DNA of 64,000 nt from Octopus sinensis (lineage: Eukaryota): assembly GCF_006345805.1 (NCBI RefSeq), contig NC_043009.1, forward strand, positions 54,994,001-55,058,000, given 5' to 3'. The position numbers were made by a program, and so were the translations under genes. Below the pieces are notes generated by a model. The model searched no databases and was not told the origin of the DNA. It saw only the letters and a program-made list of their open reading frames with translations. The number at the start of each line of letters is the position of its first letter. Positions within the stretch are counted from its first letter, which is position 1. Positions 24,111-37,900 of the stretch are shown piece after piece.

Positions 24111-26511
24111 GGTTATTGTATACAGACACACAGCGGGCTGTGTATTCTTCCTTCTACCAAATTTAATCGCAAAGCATTGGGTGGCTCAGAGCTATAGTAG
24201 AAGACATTTGCCTAAGGTTCCACATAATGGAACTGAGCCTGGAACCACATGCTTGATAAGTGAACTTCTTAACCTCACAGCTGTGCTTGCCATATAATTG
24301 TTTTAGTCAGAAGGGACAGGATGGTGGTCATAACTCTTTAAGACCCACAAACTATGCTGCAGTAGAGAAGGTATTTCCAGAGCAGAGAACTAATTTCAAT
24401 TTTCCAGTTTTTATCAAGCTTCACATTCTGTTCTATGAAAAAAAAAAAATGGCAATCATCTTAATTTATGTTCTAGTATAAATCTTTATTTTTCAAAATG
24501 CCATTTTCAGCTTCCTTTGATTTAATGGTTTAAAGAATAAGGAAATACAGTCTTTGCTCTTTGCACAAAGATGACAGAAGACATTAATTTTAAAAAAAGA
24601 TTCCTAGTTTTAAACATACATAAAAAATTTTTTTTATAAAATATACGCACAGCACAAAGATAATTTTAATGGCCTCACAGACTGATTTCAAAAGGACAGG
24701 ATGAATTTATCTGCTGAAAGAAAGAAGCATTTTGATGCATATTGCAATTGTTCCAAGTAAAGAAATAACTCTTTACATTTATGGCACTTGTGGTAATAAG
24801 GGACTAGTATAACAACTTTCATTTTGTACTAAATGATCATTTTTGACACGTCCACACATGTATATGCATGCACACAGTGAAGGCACATGGCTTAGTGGTT
24901 AGGTGTATCCAGCTCTTGATCAATAAGGCAGTGAGTTTGATACCCAACGGTGCACTGTGTCCTTGAGCAAGACATTTTATTTCACATTGTTCCGGTCTAC
25001 TCAGCTGGCAAAAATGAGAAGTATCTATATTTCAAAGGGTCATTCTGTGTCACACTGAATCTCCCTAAGAACTACGTTAAGGCTACCCATGTTTGTGGAG
25101 AGGTCAGCCACTTGCATCTTAATTTCACAAGCAAGATGCTCTGTTGATCAGATCAACTGGAACACTATAGTTGTAACTGTCATGCACACACACGCACACA
25201 CACACACAAAACACACACACACATAAGAGTGCCTAACAACACACTACTACCAGAACCATGATTTGGGTATGCATACACACACACACTCACAGCAATAACA
25301 AAATAAAAAAAAACTTATAGGAGTGGTTGTGTGGTAAGTAGCTTGCTTACCAACCACATGGTTCCGGGTTCAGTCCCACTGTGTGGTACTTTGGGCAAGT
25401 GTCTAGGACTGGATGCCCTTTCTGCCACCAACCCTCACCTGTTTCCATGCATGATAATATTTCCCCATGGCCAGACATGTTTTCCACAGAAAACTGGAAA
25501 CAAGTGACACTGCTTGTATAACAGTGATGCTTGTTTACAATCATCAGGTGATGCCAAGACTTGGATACACACAAAACACACATACATAACCAAATGTCTG
25601 TGATAAAATATGAATAAGTTGTGCACTGATAGATACGCTACTTGCTCTTTGGATCACTGCAGTGAATTTACAGTATTTACACAAACTAAACTTTGCTGAG
25701 CCAACAAGAGAGTTTCTACACGGATATTTAATCTGCTAGAAATAGCAGCCAAATCTTGAATCACACTCATCCATCTTAAAAGAAAGAAAGAAAGACTAGA
25801 AAAATAGTCTAAGCTGTTTCTGAAAGGACAAGACTAACATGGCTAGACTGCCTTTGATCATAGGTCCACTCAATTAGGATTAACATGGGACTAAAACTAC
25901 TAATCCTTGTGTCTTCAGTGGTAGCTTAGAAGTTGATTTGTTATTCTAATTAAGTAAATGGATTACAGCAGAAGCTCATGTCATGAAGGAATAATTAGAT
26001 ATTGATGAAACAGTATAAGGTAAAGTTGTTTCACCTCATTTATGAAAAACAAAAAATAACCCCCCCCCCCCAAAAAAAGAAAAACCGCCTGCCTTATATT
26101 TTAAAAAAGCCTTAGGTTCTCTCCTTTGTAAGGATTTACAGATAAAAACACTCTTTTAATGAAAATCAGTTATCAAAAACAAAACATGCCTTACCTAATA
26201 TTCAACCTTTGTATAAACAATTAAAAAAAAAAACAATTAAAGAATACAGTATATTAATTTACTGGTTTTGCTTAATCTTTCCAACTAGATACTTCAGGCA
26301 GTGTTTTAGCAGGTGTGTGTGTGTGTGTGGTGTGTGTGTGTGTTCGTTTGTCCCCTACTACTGCTTGACAACTGTGTTGATCTGCTTATGTCCCTGTAAC
26401 TTAGCAGTTTGACATAAGAGTCCAGTTAAAAAAAAAAAATTAAGCAATAGGGTCAATTCATTTGGCCAAAACTCATCAAAGAGGTGCCCCAGCATGGGCA
26501 CAGTCCAATGA

Positions 26512-26743
26512 CTGAAACAAATAAAAAAATAATAGATGAAAGATATTGTTATATCTCAAGCAAGGCATTGAAGTTCTCTAAGAACAATTAGCTGGAGTGA
26601 GAGTGAGACTGTTAATGATGATGATGATGACGATGATGATGAACTGGTCTCACTCTCACTCCAGCTAATTGTTCTTAGAGAATATCAATGCCTTGTTCAG
26701 GGCATAACAATATCTTTCCTCTATTTTTTTTTGTTTGTTTCAG
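26512..26743. repeat. Inverted repeat with ~100-bp arms around a (GAT)n loop
   Basis: 36-bp perfect core 26574-26609 / 26647-26682 plus imperfect outer arms. Confidence 0.85.
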
Positions 26744-28149
26744 GAGCATTAAACAATTTAGAAAATACAGAGACAACTAAAGGCTTTCTGACAGAGAAAC
26801 CAAATTATCTCATACTTTAAGATAAATAATGGATGATTGAATAAATGTATGAAAGCCTGAATGAAAACAAAAAATCAATTTTTGTTCTCCTTCAAATCAA
26901 ACCAACAGTGAAGTTGATCAACTCTTTAACAATTTTGCTACTATAATTCTAGTGATACACGAACTACGAATTCCAATTAATTTTTAAAATAATGAAGAAT
27001 TTGATGGAATTTAGCGAAATAACATTTTCAATTACCAATTTGGTGTTTGAAAACAGAAGGCTTAAATATAGACACCTTATTACAAGAAGTTTTCTATCAC
27101 AGAACCAGAGGGATTTTTAGATAGCTTGGTATCAAAAGGATTACGATAACAGATAATATAATTCTTTACATAATTGCTTTCTTTTTTTCATTTTTTGTCC
27201 TTTTTTCCAATAGAGCTCACAGCAAAAGACTAGATAGAACATTTAAATCACAGCCTGCATGCTGTTAAAATTATTTCAATTATCCCAACAGCTCTTTTAA
27301 CCAATCTATCATTTTGCTTTCACTTCCATGCTATGTTTACTTTAACCCTTGGTCTACCAGAGAAAATGTATGTCACTAATCACCAACTTGGTCCAATGGA
27401 CCCAATATTTTTCTTGTAATTAAATTTTATTCAAACTACCACTATTTCTTAGCTACATTATATATGCTATCAGGTGAATGAAAAATTGTTTCTCACAAAT
27501 TTTAATAAAAAAAATACAGCTTCCAGAATAAAGTATAAATTTTAAAAATTACAAAAATACAGAATTACTTGCACACATATGACGGACATCTTTCAGCTTC
27601 TATCTACTAAATCAACTTTGATCAGTCCAGGGCTATAGTAAAAAAAGACTTGTCCAAGGTGCCACACAATGGGACTGAAATCAAAGCAATGTGGTTGGGA
27701 AGCAAATTTCTTAATCATACAGCCACACCTGCAGTTTTGCCTGATGAACAAAATTTTACCAAGATTCTCCAGCAAGGTGATGAAAGGCAGTGTCCATAGT
27801 TGTACTCTGAGCCAATGTAGAGGAAAACAGTGTCTATAGACTATAACTTAGTTAAGTCAGATAAATATGATTAATGTAAAGAAACCTGAAATTTTTCCTC
27901 CTAAGACCAAAATATATACTAGGAGAGAGAGAAAGAGTTTCAAGGAATGCAAGTCTTGAGAGAGAGAGTTTTGAGAAAATGGTTTGCTGGCTATAGACAC
28001 ACTTTCTGTGTGTCTATAGCCAGCTGGAGGAGGTGTCCTCCTGGGGCTACAAACTACAGTAGCATCCACCCTTAGGGGTTAGCCATATTTAAATGGCAAA
28101 TATACGTCACAATGTGTTGTAGCTACTGTTTATAACTCGCTCTGAGATT

Positions 28150-28390
28150 TATTATTGGTTAGTTCTGAGTTAAGTAGATAAAACACAGCTGGATTAAAAG
28201 AAGGAGACAGATGGTAATACAAATAGATTTAGTAAGTGATGGTAAATACAGTCCAGCAAGTTCAGAGAAGTAAATGTAGTAGTAGCTATAGTAGGAGCAG
28301 TAGCAGGCACTACAGAGAGAGTAAAGATTAATAATGGGTGAGATTAAAAGCATTATTGTGAGTAAGGCTTTACTTTTTAGGTGGAGAGAC
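28150..28390 (-). mobile_element. Decayed CR1/L2-type LINE 3' fragment
   Basis: Minus strand gives ..YYYIYFSELAGLYLPSL, matching the YYxGxCSSELAGL motif also seen at 41910-42225 and 49224-49457. Confidence 0.5.
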
Positions 28391-28428
28391 ATGTTTTGTT
28401 TATGATGTGATCCAGAATGTGTGTTGTG

Positions 28429-28533
28429 GGAGTACTACCACAGCTGTATGAGTAATACACCAAGGAGTACTGCTACAGATGCATGAGTAATACTCCAAGG
28501 AGTGCTTCTATGGATATAGGAGAATTACTCCAG
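28429..28533. repeat. 35-bp minisatellite, 3 diverged copies
   Basis: GGAGTACTACCACAGCTGTATGAGTAATACACCAA / GGAGTACTGCTACAGATGCATGAGTAATACTCCAA / GGAGTGCTTCTATGGATATAGGAGAATTACTCCAG. Confidence 0.75.
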
Positions 28534-29251
28534 TGGTCCAGTGTATGTTGAACTTTTGCCTTGTTTAGTATCAAAAGCTGTTTCTATTGTGGTATAGGTT
28601 GGAGTAAGTGTCTGTGAGCATGACTCTGTGTGTGTGCATGTACATGAACAAGAGTGTATTTCAGCATGTAAGTAAGTATGTGAGTGCGAGTATGTGTGAA
28701 CACCAAAGTGCGATTGTTAACTATAATGGACAAAAATACAAGCAATGTCTGATTATAATCATATTAGATGGCATAATACATGAATGTATATATTTATATA
28801 CATATACACACGTGTGTGTGTGTGTGCATAAGAGAGAGAGAGAGCTTTTATATTTGATATTCTGTAGTATTTGGAAATAGGGTGTGCCAAGACAAAATGA
28901 CTGTTTCAGATTGAAGCACCAAGTCAGCAGTTTTGAGGAGAAGTGTATGTGTGTGGGGTGAGTAAGTCATTACCATAAATCCCAGTTTTTGACTGGCACT
29001 TTATTTTATCAACCCTGTAAGGCCGAAAAGCAATGTAGCCCTGGGCAGGATTTGACAAAACATTAACCATTCATGATGTAGACATACAGACACGATTGTC
29101 TGCCACATGGTTAACACATAACAACATTGCTCAATTGGTGAATATATTAACAGGAAAAACTATCCATCATCACCATCTTTAGACTTTTCAGATTTTATAG
29201 GATTAATATATCAAACAGTGAGATGTTTATGCATTTCTAGGTTTTACTTAC

Positions 29252-29327
29252 TGTTAGATCTAATGAGCTTTAGCACCAAGAAGGTAGAGTGTAACATGCG
29301 AGGAGGCAAAGTCTTTAGAGTTTCATC
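29252..29327 (-). CDS. Candidate 76-nt internal coding exon: DETLKTLPPRMLHSTFLVLKLIRSN
   Basis: Modest TAG| acceptor at 29328, strong A|GTAAGT donor at 29251; phase 0 start and phase 1 end fit the 40243 and 8751 exons. Confidence 0.3.
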
Positions 29328-29720
29328 CTAATAGGCTTACGACCAAGAAGTAACGAGAGGAAAGCGGTGGTGGTTTGACAAATCCAATGAAAATCAGTGA
29401 CTTATAGCACATACACAGATTGAGAAGATTAGGAAACAACCACAAGTAAATAAACAACTCAACAACAGTGTTATTTTGCAAGGAAACTTGTCTTAGACTG
29501 GAAACTTTTAACATTTTGGCATTGGAAAATATAGAAAGCAAAGAATATACATTAACTGTCTACAATTTGATACCTCTTTTTCCATATAATTTTAATCCAA
29601 TATATATGTGTGTGTGCATGTGTGTGTGCGCGTGTGTATGAGGATGTAAGTGGGATGTGCGTGTGTGTGTGTGTATAGATAGATAGAGACACACACACAC
29701 AGAGTGCACCAAAAGCCAAG

Positions 29721-29969
29721 CAACTGAATTTCGTATTTGAAAATCGAATTTCAGTCATCAAACATCCAGTCAAAATTGATTGGAAAGGCAATGTCAACAT
29801 CCATAGAAAGCTACTAACACACTTCCAATTCACAGATGGTATCAAGCCCATTGCAGGAACCACAGATAAGTTGTAAACTATGCTGACAGAACTGGACATG
29901 CAGAGTTTAGCAGTAGACCTCAAAATATATCACATGAGAACAAGATGCATGTGGTCTAAAAAAACATAG
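29721..29969 (+). mobile_element. RTE-clade reverse transcriptase fragment (decayed)
   Basis: KIDWKGNVNIHRKLLTHFQFTDGIKPIAGTTDKL*TMLTELDMQSLAVDLKI aligns by eye to RTE RT ..DWE.KGI.I.GK.L..LRFADDI.L.A.....L..ML.EL...S..VGLK. Confidence 0.75.
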
Positions 29970-30622
29970 CAACAAGGCTTAAATAGTGATAGGGAGGAAC
30001 AACGAAATTGAGGAGGTGAAGGAAAATGTGAAGTTTGGGTAAAGATATTTCCCTATGGCCAGACATGTTTTTGCAGAATATTGGAAATGAATGACATTCA
30101 TTTGCTACAATGATGCAATGTCAAGACAAACACAGAGAGAGAGAGAGAGAAAGAGATTGATACATCTATACATATACACACACATATATATGTATATTTT
30201 TTTTTTGCATCCTTTTAAAGCCTAACCAGGCTCATGGGCCGGTTTCCCAGTTTCAATGATGCCAGTCCATCGCAGTGTTACTCACTTTTGCCAGCTGAGT
30301 GGACTGGAGCAATGAGAAATGAAGTGTTTTGCTCAAGAACACAATGCGTCACCCGGTCCAGGAATCAAAACCACAATCTTACGATCATGATGCTGACACC
30401 CTAACCACTAAGCCACATGCCTCCACATATCTATGTATGTAGGCAAAACAAAAACAGGAAAAACAACAAAAGTTAAAAGGACATACCCAGTGAATATATC
30501 AGGTCAACACTCAGAGAAAGTTTAAGATAGAAAAAAAAAGGGGTGTGGCGTTTCGAGCATGACTCTCTGTCAGAAAGAGGAAAAAAGTTCAGAGAGAAGG
30601 AAAAGACTAGTCCGAGAAAAGC

Positions 30623-30653
<31 letters not shown>

Positions 30654-31030
30654 ACAGGCTTCAAGTATCCAAAGTCAACCACAGTCATTCCAACCGAAGT
30701 CATTCACAAGACTGTGGTTGACCTGGAGCTATAGTAGAAGACACTTGCCCACAATACCATGCAGTTGAACTGAACCTGAAACTTCTTAACCACACACACA
30801 CACACTTGCATATATGTATGTGCATATATATAGTATTAATAAAACAGGTCGAAACATGTGTTGGACCCAATAAAGTCTATTACACATTCCCTCTCCTATT
30901 TTATTAATACTGTTACCCCAACTGCCACTAACGAAGTTCCTGCAGTTAATCTATGGATAACAACAGGTAATCGAAACTGTGCCGGTGCTTCACTCATCAT
31001 CCATTTATACATTTTGTACAATTTCTCCAC

Positions 31031-31095
<65 letters not shown>

Positions 31096-31386
31096 GTGTG
31101 TGTAAATGTAAAAAAATATAAACTGGGACAAGAATGTAAAACATTTAGGAGACGATACTAAAAACACAGACGGGACATTCGAAGCCTTCAATCTTCAGTC
31201 AAGAACCGGATTATCCTTGCAATTTTGGCTATATATATATATATATATATCACCATGATCACCATGACTAACTAGGCTATCAGATGTTGCTACACATTGC
31301 TGGTCACAATGAGCTTTGCATTGTTTTTTAGCCTTCAAATGATGCCACCCTGCTGGCTAACTAAGCGAGCAGGCCAATATATATAT

Positions 31387-31735
31387 ACCGTTGCCAGCAC
31401 CGCCCCGACTGGCCTCGTGCCGATGGCACGTAAAAAGCACCATCCATTCGTGTCCATTGCCAGCCTCGCCTGGCCCTCGTGCCGGTGGCACATAAAAAGC
31501 ACCATCCGTTCGTGGCTGTTTGCCAGCTCTGTCTGGCACCTGTGCGGGTGGCACGTAAAAAGCACCCACTACACTCACGGAGTGGTTGGCGTTAGGAAGG
31601 GCATCCAGCCGTAGAAACACAGCCAGATTTGACTGGGCCTAATGAAGCCTTCTGGCTTCACAGACCCCAGTAGAACCGTCCAACCCATGCTAGCATGGAA
31701 AACGAACGCTAAACGATGATGATGATGATGATGAT
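31387..31735 (+). mobile_element. Family-C element with ~2.5 diverged internal units
   Basis: AAAAAGCACCATCC..GCCAGC..GGTGGCACG units followed by the shared 3' end and (GAT)n. Confidence 0.85.
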
Positions 31736-32019
31736 ATATATATAAATGAGGAAAGTGTACAGGTTAAGAAGTTTACTTTGCAATCATAAAATCCTGGTTT
31801 TGATCCCACTGTGCAACACCTTGGGCAAGTATCTTCTACGATACCCTTGTGTTGACCCAAGGCTCTGTGAGTGAAATTTGATAATCAGAAACTGTGCGAA
31901 AGGGTTGGTGGTTGGAATGTACTTGTAATTCAAAGAACCAGCCTTGTCACTGATTTTAGTTGGGGGTTAAGTTTAGGTTACAAGCGTTGGTAGAATTCTT
32001 AGCCACTTTATACTTTAAG

Positions 32020-32230
32020 TCTTTAGCATTCAGATTACTCTGTCAAATGTAATTCTTATTTATTCATATTGTTTTGAAGTAATCAAGCATTATCTCATGG
32101 CCTTGAGATTTTGATTATGATGGTTTATTATTAGAATGACACTGAGAGATAGATGTGATAGGCTGGATCTAGCCAGTTTAAATGTAAAACATCTAGAATA
32201 TGAGATATGGTTGATTGAAACACTGGAGTT
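32020..32230. mobile_element. piggyBac-like MITE fragment
   Basis: CTTTAGCATTCAGATTACTCTGTCAAATGTAAT.. shared with the right part of 53404-53790. Confidence 0.5.
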
Positions 32231-32744
32231 AATACAATCACCAAAAACCAACACAAGTTCTAACTGGTTTTTAAAAGAATGAATAAAAACCATATGAAGA
32301 AATTTTTTTTAAATAAGGAAAAAAGGGAGTAAAATGCAAAAAAGAAAAGCCTTGGTTAATAAGAAGCTCATTAGGTAAAATGTCACCTATATTTTTGCAC
32401 AAGACCTTAATTATAATTACTCAAAGATTTCTGCCTAATTAAGAAATCATTGCAAATGTATGTTTAATCTTCTAACGAGCCATTTGGCATCTATTAACTG
32501 TTATCCCGTTATCCTTGCATTATCTTTATTAAAGCCACTACTGTTACTACTACCATCACCACTAGTGGTCCTGCCACTACCACTGTCACTACCAGCACCA
32601 TAACTACTTCTATCACTTTCTACTTACCTACAATGACGACTACCACCACCACCACCACTACCAGTCGTGTTAGTTACCATCATTATCATTATTTAATGTC
32701 CATAAATAATTCAGTAGTGTAAAAAGAAATAACAATTAAATAAT

Positions 32745-32788
<44 letters not shown>

Positions 32789-33121
32789 CAATATAGATTA
32801 AGATATAATAAAATATTTTGATCTAAACAGAACAAAATCTAGCACAAACGTGTGTACATATACATGTATGTACATGCATGCATCTCAGTTCAAAATATAT
32901 GTATGAATGAATGTATGTGTACTAACATACGTCTCTCTCCAAACCAATGGCCTGTTCTAATATGTGCAAGTACATGTAGGTGTGTATACATTTACAAACA
33001 CACACAGGTACATTTCTAGAAAAGCATTTATATCTGTGATTATATGTGTGTGTGTGTGTTTATACAGACATTTATATGAGTGTATGTATGTATATGTATG
33101 TATGTGTGGGCATGTATGAGT

Positions 33122-33159
<38 letters not shown>

Positions 33160-33890
33160 GGATTGATAAATAGACAGAAATTGTTTATAATGGTGGCACT
33201 TGAAGTAGATAAAGTTATATATAGTAACATGTAAATAATGGGTTAATATTCCCTTGGACTGAATAGGTCAAAAGCTGTGGGATGGCTAGATATACACACA
33301 CACACACATACGCATGTATGTATGCACATATACATACACACAAATATATTTCCTCAAAAACTTGTTTTATATGGCCATAAACAGATAGCCAAGTACATCC
33401 CCTTCAAAATTCAGTACAGTGTGTGGGTGTGAGAGAGAGAGAGAGATTGCATATGTAAATGTATATTCTTTCATTATTCTATTAGTTTCAGTTATTAGAC
33501 TGTGGCCATGCTTGAGCACAGCATTTAAAGATATAACTGTTCATCATTTCCTAACTGTGGTACTTACTATCACTTTTTTTTCTCGTTCTATCAATATCAG
33601 AGATGAAAGGCAAAGTCAACAGCTAAGGTAGAATTTGTGAAATTACAAACATAAAGAGGAGGCAAAGAGTATACCAAATATCCCAAGACATTACGTTTGG
33701 TGCTCTACCAATTCTATCATCGATGTATCTGTAGAATACATGTATTCTATGAGTTAATGCAACAGAGAGAGAGATAAATGTTTAGTCTTTTATGGTCAGA
33801 AGTATCCATCAACAGGTAATAAACTCTTGACTACAAGGTCATAAGAATGGACACAATAATGGAGTAAATGAATTAGTCATAAGAAATAGA

Positions 33891-34125
33891 ATGTAGTTCT
33901 CAACCCTCTTTTTCTTGCGGAACCCGCTGATTCCTGCTTTACTCAGGTGGACCCTCAAAGCCATTCAATGTGTTTAAGATCCTATTGTATTTTTATAATT
34001 AAATATTATTAAGAATTGTATAAAAAAAAATTGTTAAACATATTTTGTGTGTTGGATAAGTATAACCAATTTAATGCACATAAATTTAGGAAAAATCTTA
34101 TATGGGCCCCAGTTGAGAACCACTG
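33891..34125. mobile_element. hAT (Charlie-like) MITE
   Basis: Decayed left TIR ..GTTCTCAACC and right TIR AGTTGAGAACCACTG, same TIR type as 5321-5561. Confidence 0.65.
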
Positions 34126-36339
34126 TAGATATTCTACTGTTGCATACAGGTGTGTGTGTGTGATCAATATATGTACAAGTATAGAGGCAGATATATGTAT
34201 ACAGAGACAGATATATGTAAGAGTGCACACAAGCAAGGACATGCACATAGATATGTTGCTATTAGCATACATCTATGTAAATGCATACGTAGTGCATATG
34301 TACCGAAGAGTTGTGTATATGTGTGTGTATTTGAATAACAGTGTGTCTGTGTAAGTGGCTACTAGTGGGACATGTTAGTATATGAGTGTCTAAAGAGCAA
34401 CCAACAACAACAAAAAAAAGAAAATATAAACCTGATTGAATAAAAACAGGCACTTTTTTTTTATTATTATAAACAAAGTATTGCTCCTATGATTCACCAT
34501 AATGTTTATCTCTATCTTCCTCACTATCAACAAATTTATCTATCTATCTATCAATCTATTTATCTACCTATTTATCTATCTTTCTGTATATATATATATA
34601 TATATATCATATATGATTTATCAATAAAAAAGAAACCCAGAAAAGACAAAAAAAATTTCAAAAGCCTTTACAGAAGAATTTTTCTTGAAAAGAATAAAAT
34701 GAGGGAAAAAAAAATCTGTATTTAAATAATTCATCAGCTCCAAAATGCCCACCCCACATCTACACACCTAAAGACAGTGGTTCTCTAAACATAAAACGAA
34801 GAAGCTAAACAATAACGGAAAACTCATGACTAAAACACAGGAACTGAAGTGGAAGACACATACACAAACATTCACTCTCTCTCTCTGGAAAACAAACTCA
34901 CTAATTCTCTCTCACTCGTCCTCTATAAGATACACACACATTCACTCCTTTCTTCTTCTCTTTGTAAGAAGAGAGCCTTTCAGATAAAATAAATACTTTC
35001 CTAAGCTCTGCTACACAGCAATCTATGAATGCTTGTTTCTTGTTAACTTTTAGGAGAGTTACAGAAGTGATACCAAATGATTAATAGTAACAACAATGGT
35101 AACATTTGATTTTTTTCATCATAGGCACAAGATCTCAAATTTAGGGAATATACACAATCAATTAATTAGATCAACTCTAATACTCAACTCTTACTTATTC
35201 TATTGATGCTAGAAAGGCAAAAAAAAGAAGAAAAAACACAAGGTAGCAAGCTGGCAAAATTGTTACCACCTTGGGTAAAATGTTTAGTAGCATTTCTTCC
35301 AGCCCGTTATGTTCTGAGTTCAAATCTCACCAAAGTCAACTCTGCCTTTCATCTCTTCGGGGTTGATAAAATAAAGTACCAGCAAGTACTGTAGTCAATA
35401 TAATCAACTTATCCCCTCTCCTCAAAATTGCTGGCTTCAAACATTTAGGGAACTGTTGTAATCGCAATCATTTATATGCTATGGAAACCAGGCAAGCAGC
35501 CTTATGGGTCCTATGGCACATGTAAACAAATAAAAAAATAAAGATAAAAAGCGAAGTTGACCCAAGTAAGATTTGAACTAAGAATCTAAAGAACTAAAAT
35601 TAATTATTTTTTGATATCCAGGACCAAGTACCAATCAACTAAACTGTTGCAGTACGAACTTACTAGCAATTTATTAATTATTAATTTATTGATAGTATTA
35701 ACTAAGACTTATTTTTGATGATTCCCGTGGGATGATAAACAAAGTGAAGCTGTTAAGAGGTGCAAAGTAAACACATATTTAAACAAAAATATTGTATATC
35801 CTCCTTTAGAATCAGTATTTTGTATCCCTATATGTCATAAGATGTAACTAAAAGGGTTAACATCAAGAAGGACATCCACTGTAAAACACTACCTCAGAAA
35901 GGGTCCCATGACTGTCATGCTTGCCTGCAAGGCTAACTGTTGCTTTAGCAGAGAAAACAATTTTGTTTTTCTTCCGTAATCTTGACCATTTGGGAGTCAC
36001 AGTATATGTTGTACTATCCATCCTTTCAATCACTGAATTAAAAAAAATGGCTTGCAAGACCTGAGTCACCATCTTGCCCTTGTATGCTAATCCACTGAAT
36101 GGTTACCCATTCACATTTGAGTGGGACTGGAAGAACATGAAATGGAGCGTTTTGCTCAAAACACAATGTACAGCCAGTGTGGGAATTGAAACCACAATCT
36201 TGCAATCATATGTGCAACACCTTAACCACTAGATTATGTTTGTATTTAGTCCAATACTCTATAGTACCAATAATTCCCACTCACCAAAAGTAATAATAAT
36301 AATTTTGATAATTATTATGAATACTATTTATAACATATA

Positions 36340-37900
36340 AGGTGGAGAGATGGCAGAATCATTAGCACTCCAGGAAAAATGCTTAGTGGCATTTCGTCTG
36401 CCTTTACGTTCTGAGTTCAAATTCTTCCAAGGTCAACTTTGCCTTTCATCCTTTCAGGGTTGATAAAATAACTGACTTATCCCTTTCCCTGTAATTATTG
36501 GCCTTGTGCCAAAATTTGGAACCAATTTTATTTATAGCATAAACATATAGTCAGGAGTTTTTGAGGATATCAGAGGGATGAAACATAAAGTTGATGTTGG
36601 TGGGATTTGAACTCAGAACTTAGAGAGCCATAAGAACAATTGCAAAGCAATTTTTCTAACATTCTAACACTTCTGCCAACTCATTGCATTATCATTATTA
36701 CTATTAAGATGGCAAGCTTGCGGAATCACTTGTGCATTGGTGATTTCTTCTGACTCTCTATATTCTGAGTCCAAATTCCATCATGGTTGACTTTGTCCAT
36801 TCATCCATTGAAAGTTGATAAAAGGGGCACCAGTTGAGCATTGGGGTCGATACAATTAATTTACACCTTCCCCTAAAATTGCTGGCCTTGGGCCAAAATT
36901 TGAAACCATTATTACTATTATATCAAGGTTGACTTTGCTTTTCATCTTTTTAGGGTCATCATCATCATCATCATCATCATTTAGCGTCCGTTTTCCATGC
37001 TAGCATGGGTTGGACGGTTCAACTGGGGACTGGGGAGCCCGAAGGCTGCACCAGGCCAGTCAGATCTGGCAGTGTTTCTACAGCTGGATGCCCTTCCTAA
37101 CGCCAACCACTCCGAGAGTGTAGTGGGTGATTTTATGTGCCACCGACACAGGTGCCAGACGAGGCTGGCGAACGGCCACGCTCGGATGGTGTTTTTATGT
37201 GCCACCGACACAGGTGCCAGACGAGGCTGGCAGACGGCCACGCTCGGATGGTGTTTTTATGTGCCACCGACACAGGTGCCAGATGAGGCTGGCGGACGGC
37301 CACGATCGGATGGTGTTTGTTGTGCCACCGGCACTGGTACCACAAAGATACAAATTCCATTAATAGAAAATAAGTAGTGGCTTGAAAAACCTTTTTGGGT
37401 AGAAAAGATCCACTGTTCCTAAAAAGAATTATTATTATTATTAGGATAGCGAGCTGGCAGAATCATTAGCATGCTGGACAAAATGCTTAGCACTATTTCA
37501 CCCGTTGCTATATTCTGAGTTCAAATTCCGCCGTGATCGACTTTATCTTTCATCATTTCGGGATCGATAAATTAAGTACCAGTTGCGTACTGGGGTCAAT
37601 GTAATCGACTTAATCCCTTCCCCTAAATTTGAGACCTTGTACCTATAGTAGAAAGGATTAATTATTATTATTATTATTATAGTAGTAAGCTAGGAAAATT
37701 GTTAGCATGCCAGGCAAAATGCTTAGCAGTATCTTTTCTGTCCACATTCTTTGTTCAAATTCTACTAAGGTCAACATTGCCTTTCATCTGTTTGGGTTCG
37801 ATGAAATAAGTACCAGTTGAGTACTGGGCTCAAAGTAACTGACTAGCCCTACTTCAAAAATTCCAGGCCTTGTGCCTATAATAGAAAGAATTATTATTGC
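36340..37900 (+). mobile_element. Cluster of family-B SINE copies, one interrupted by a family-C element
   Basis: Repeated GAGCTGGCAGAATC..GAGTTCAAATTC..TTTCATCCTTTC..GATAAA blocks separated by (TTA)n. Confidence 0.75.
36956..37362 (-). mobile_element. Family-C element with three internal ~61-bp units
   Basis: Reverse complement of the 15010-15590 type; units at ~37132-37318; same left-end TGGAATTTGTATC..GTGGTACCAGTGCCGGTGGCAC. Confidence 0.9.

Noticed and set aside
24679-24713. 35-nt minus-strand exon candidate QINSSCPFEIS with TTTCTTTCAG acceptor and GTGAGG donor
   Set aside because: Too short to assess and its phase 0-2 does not fit the other candidates; left unresolved
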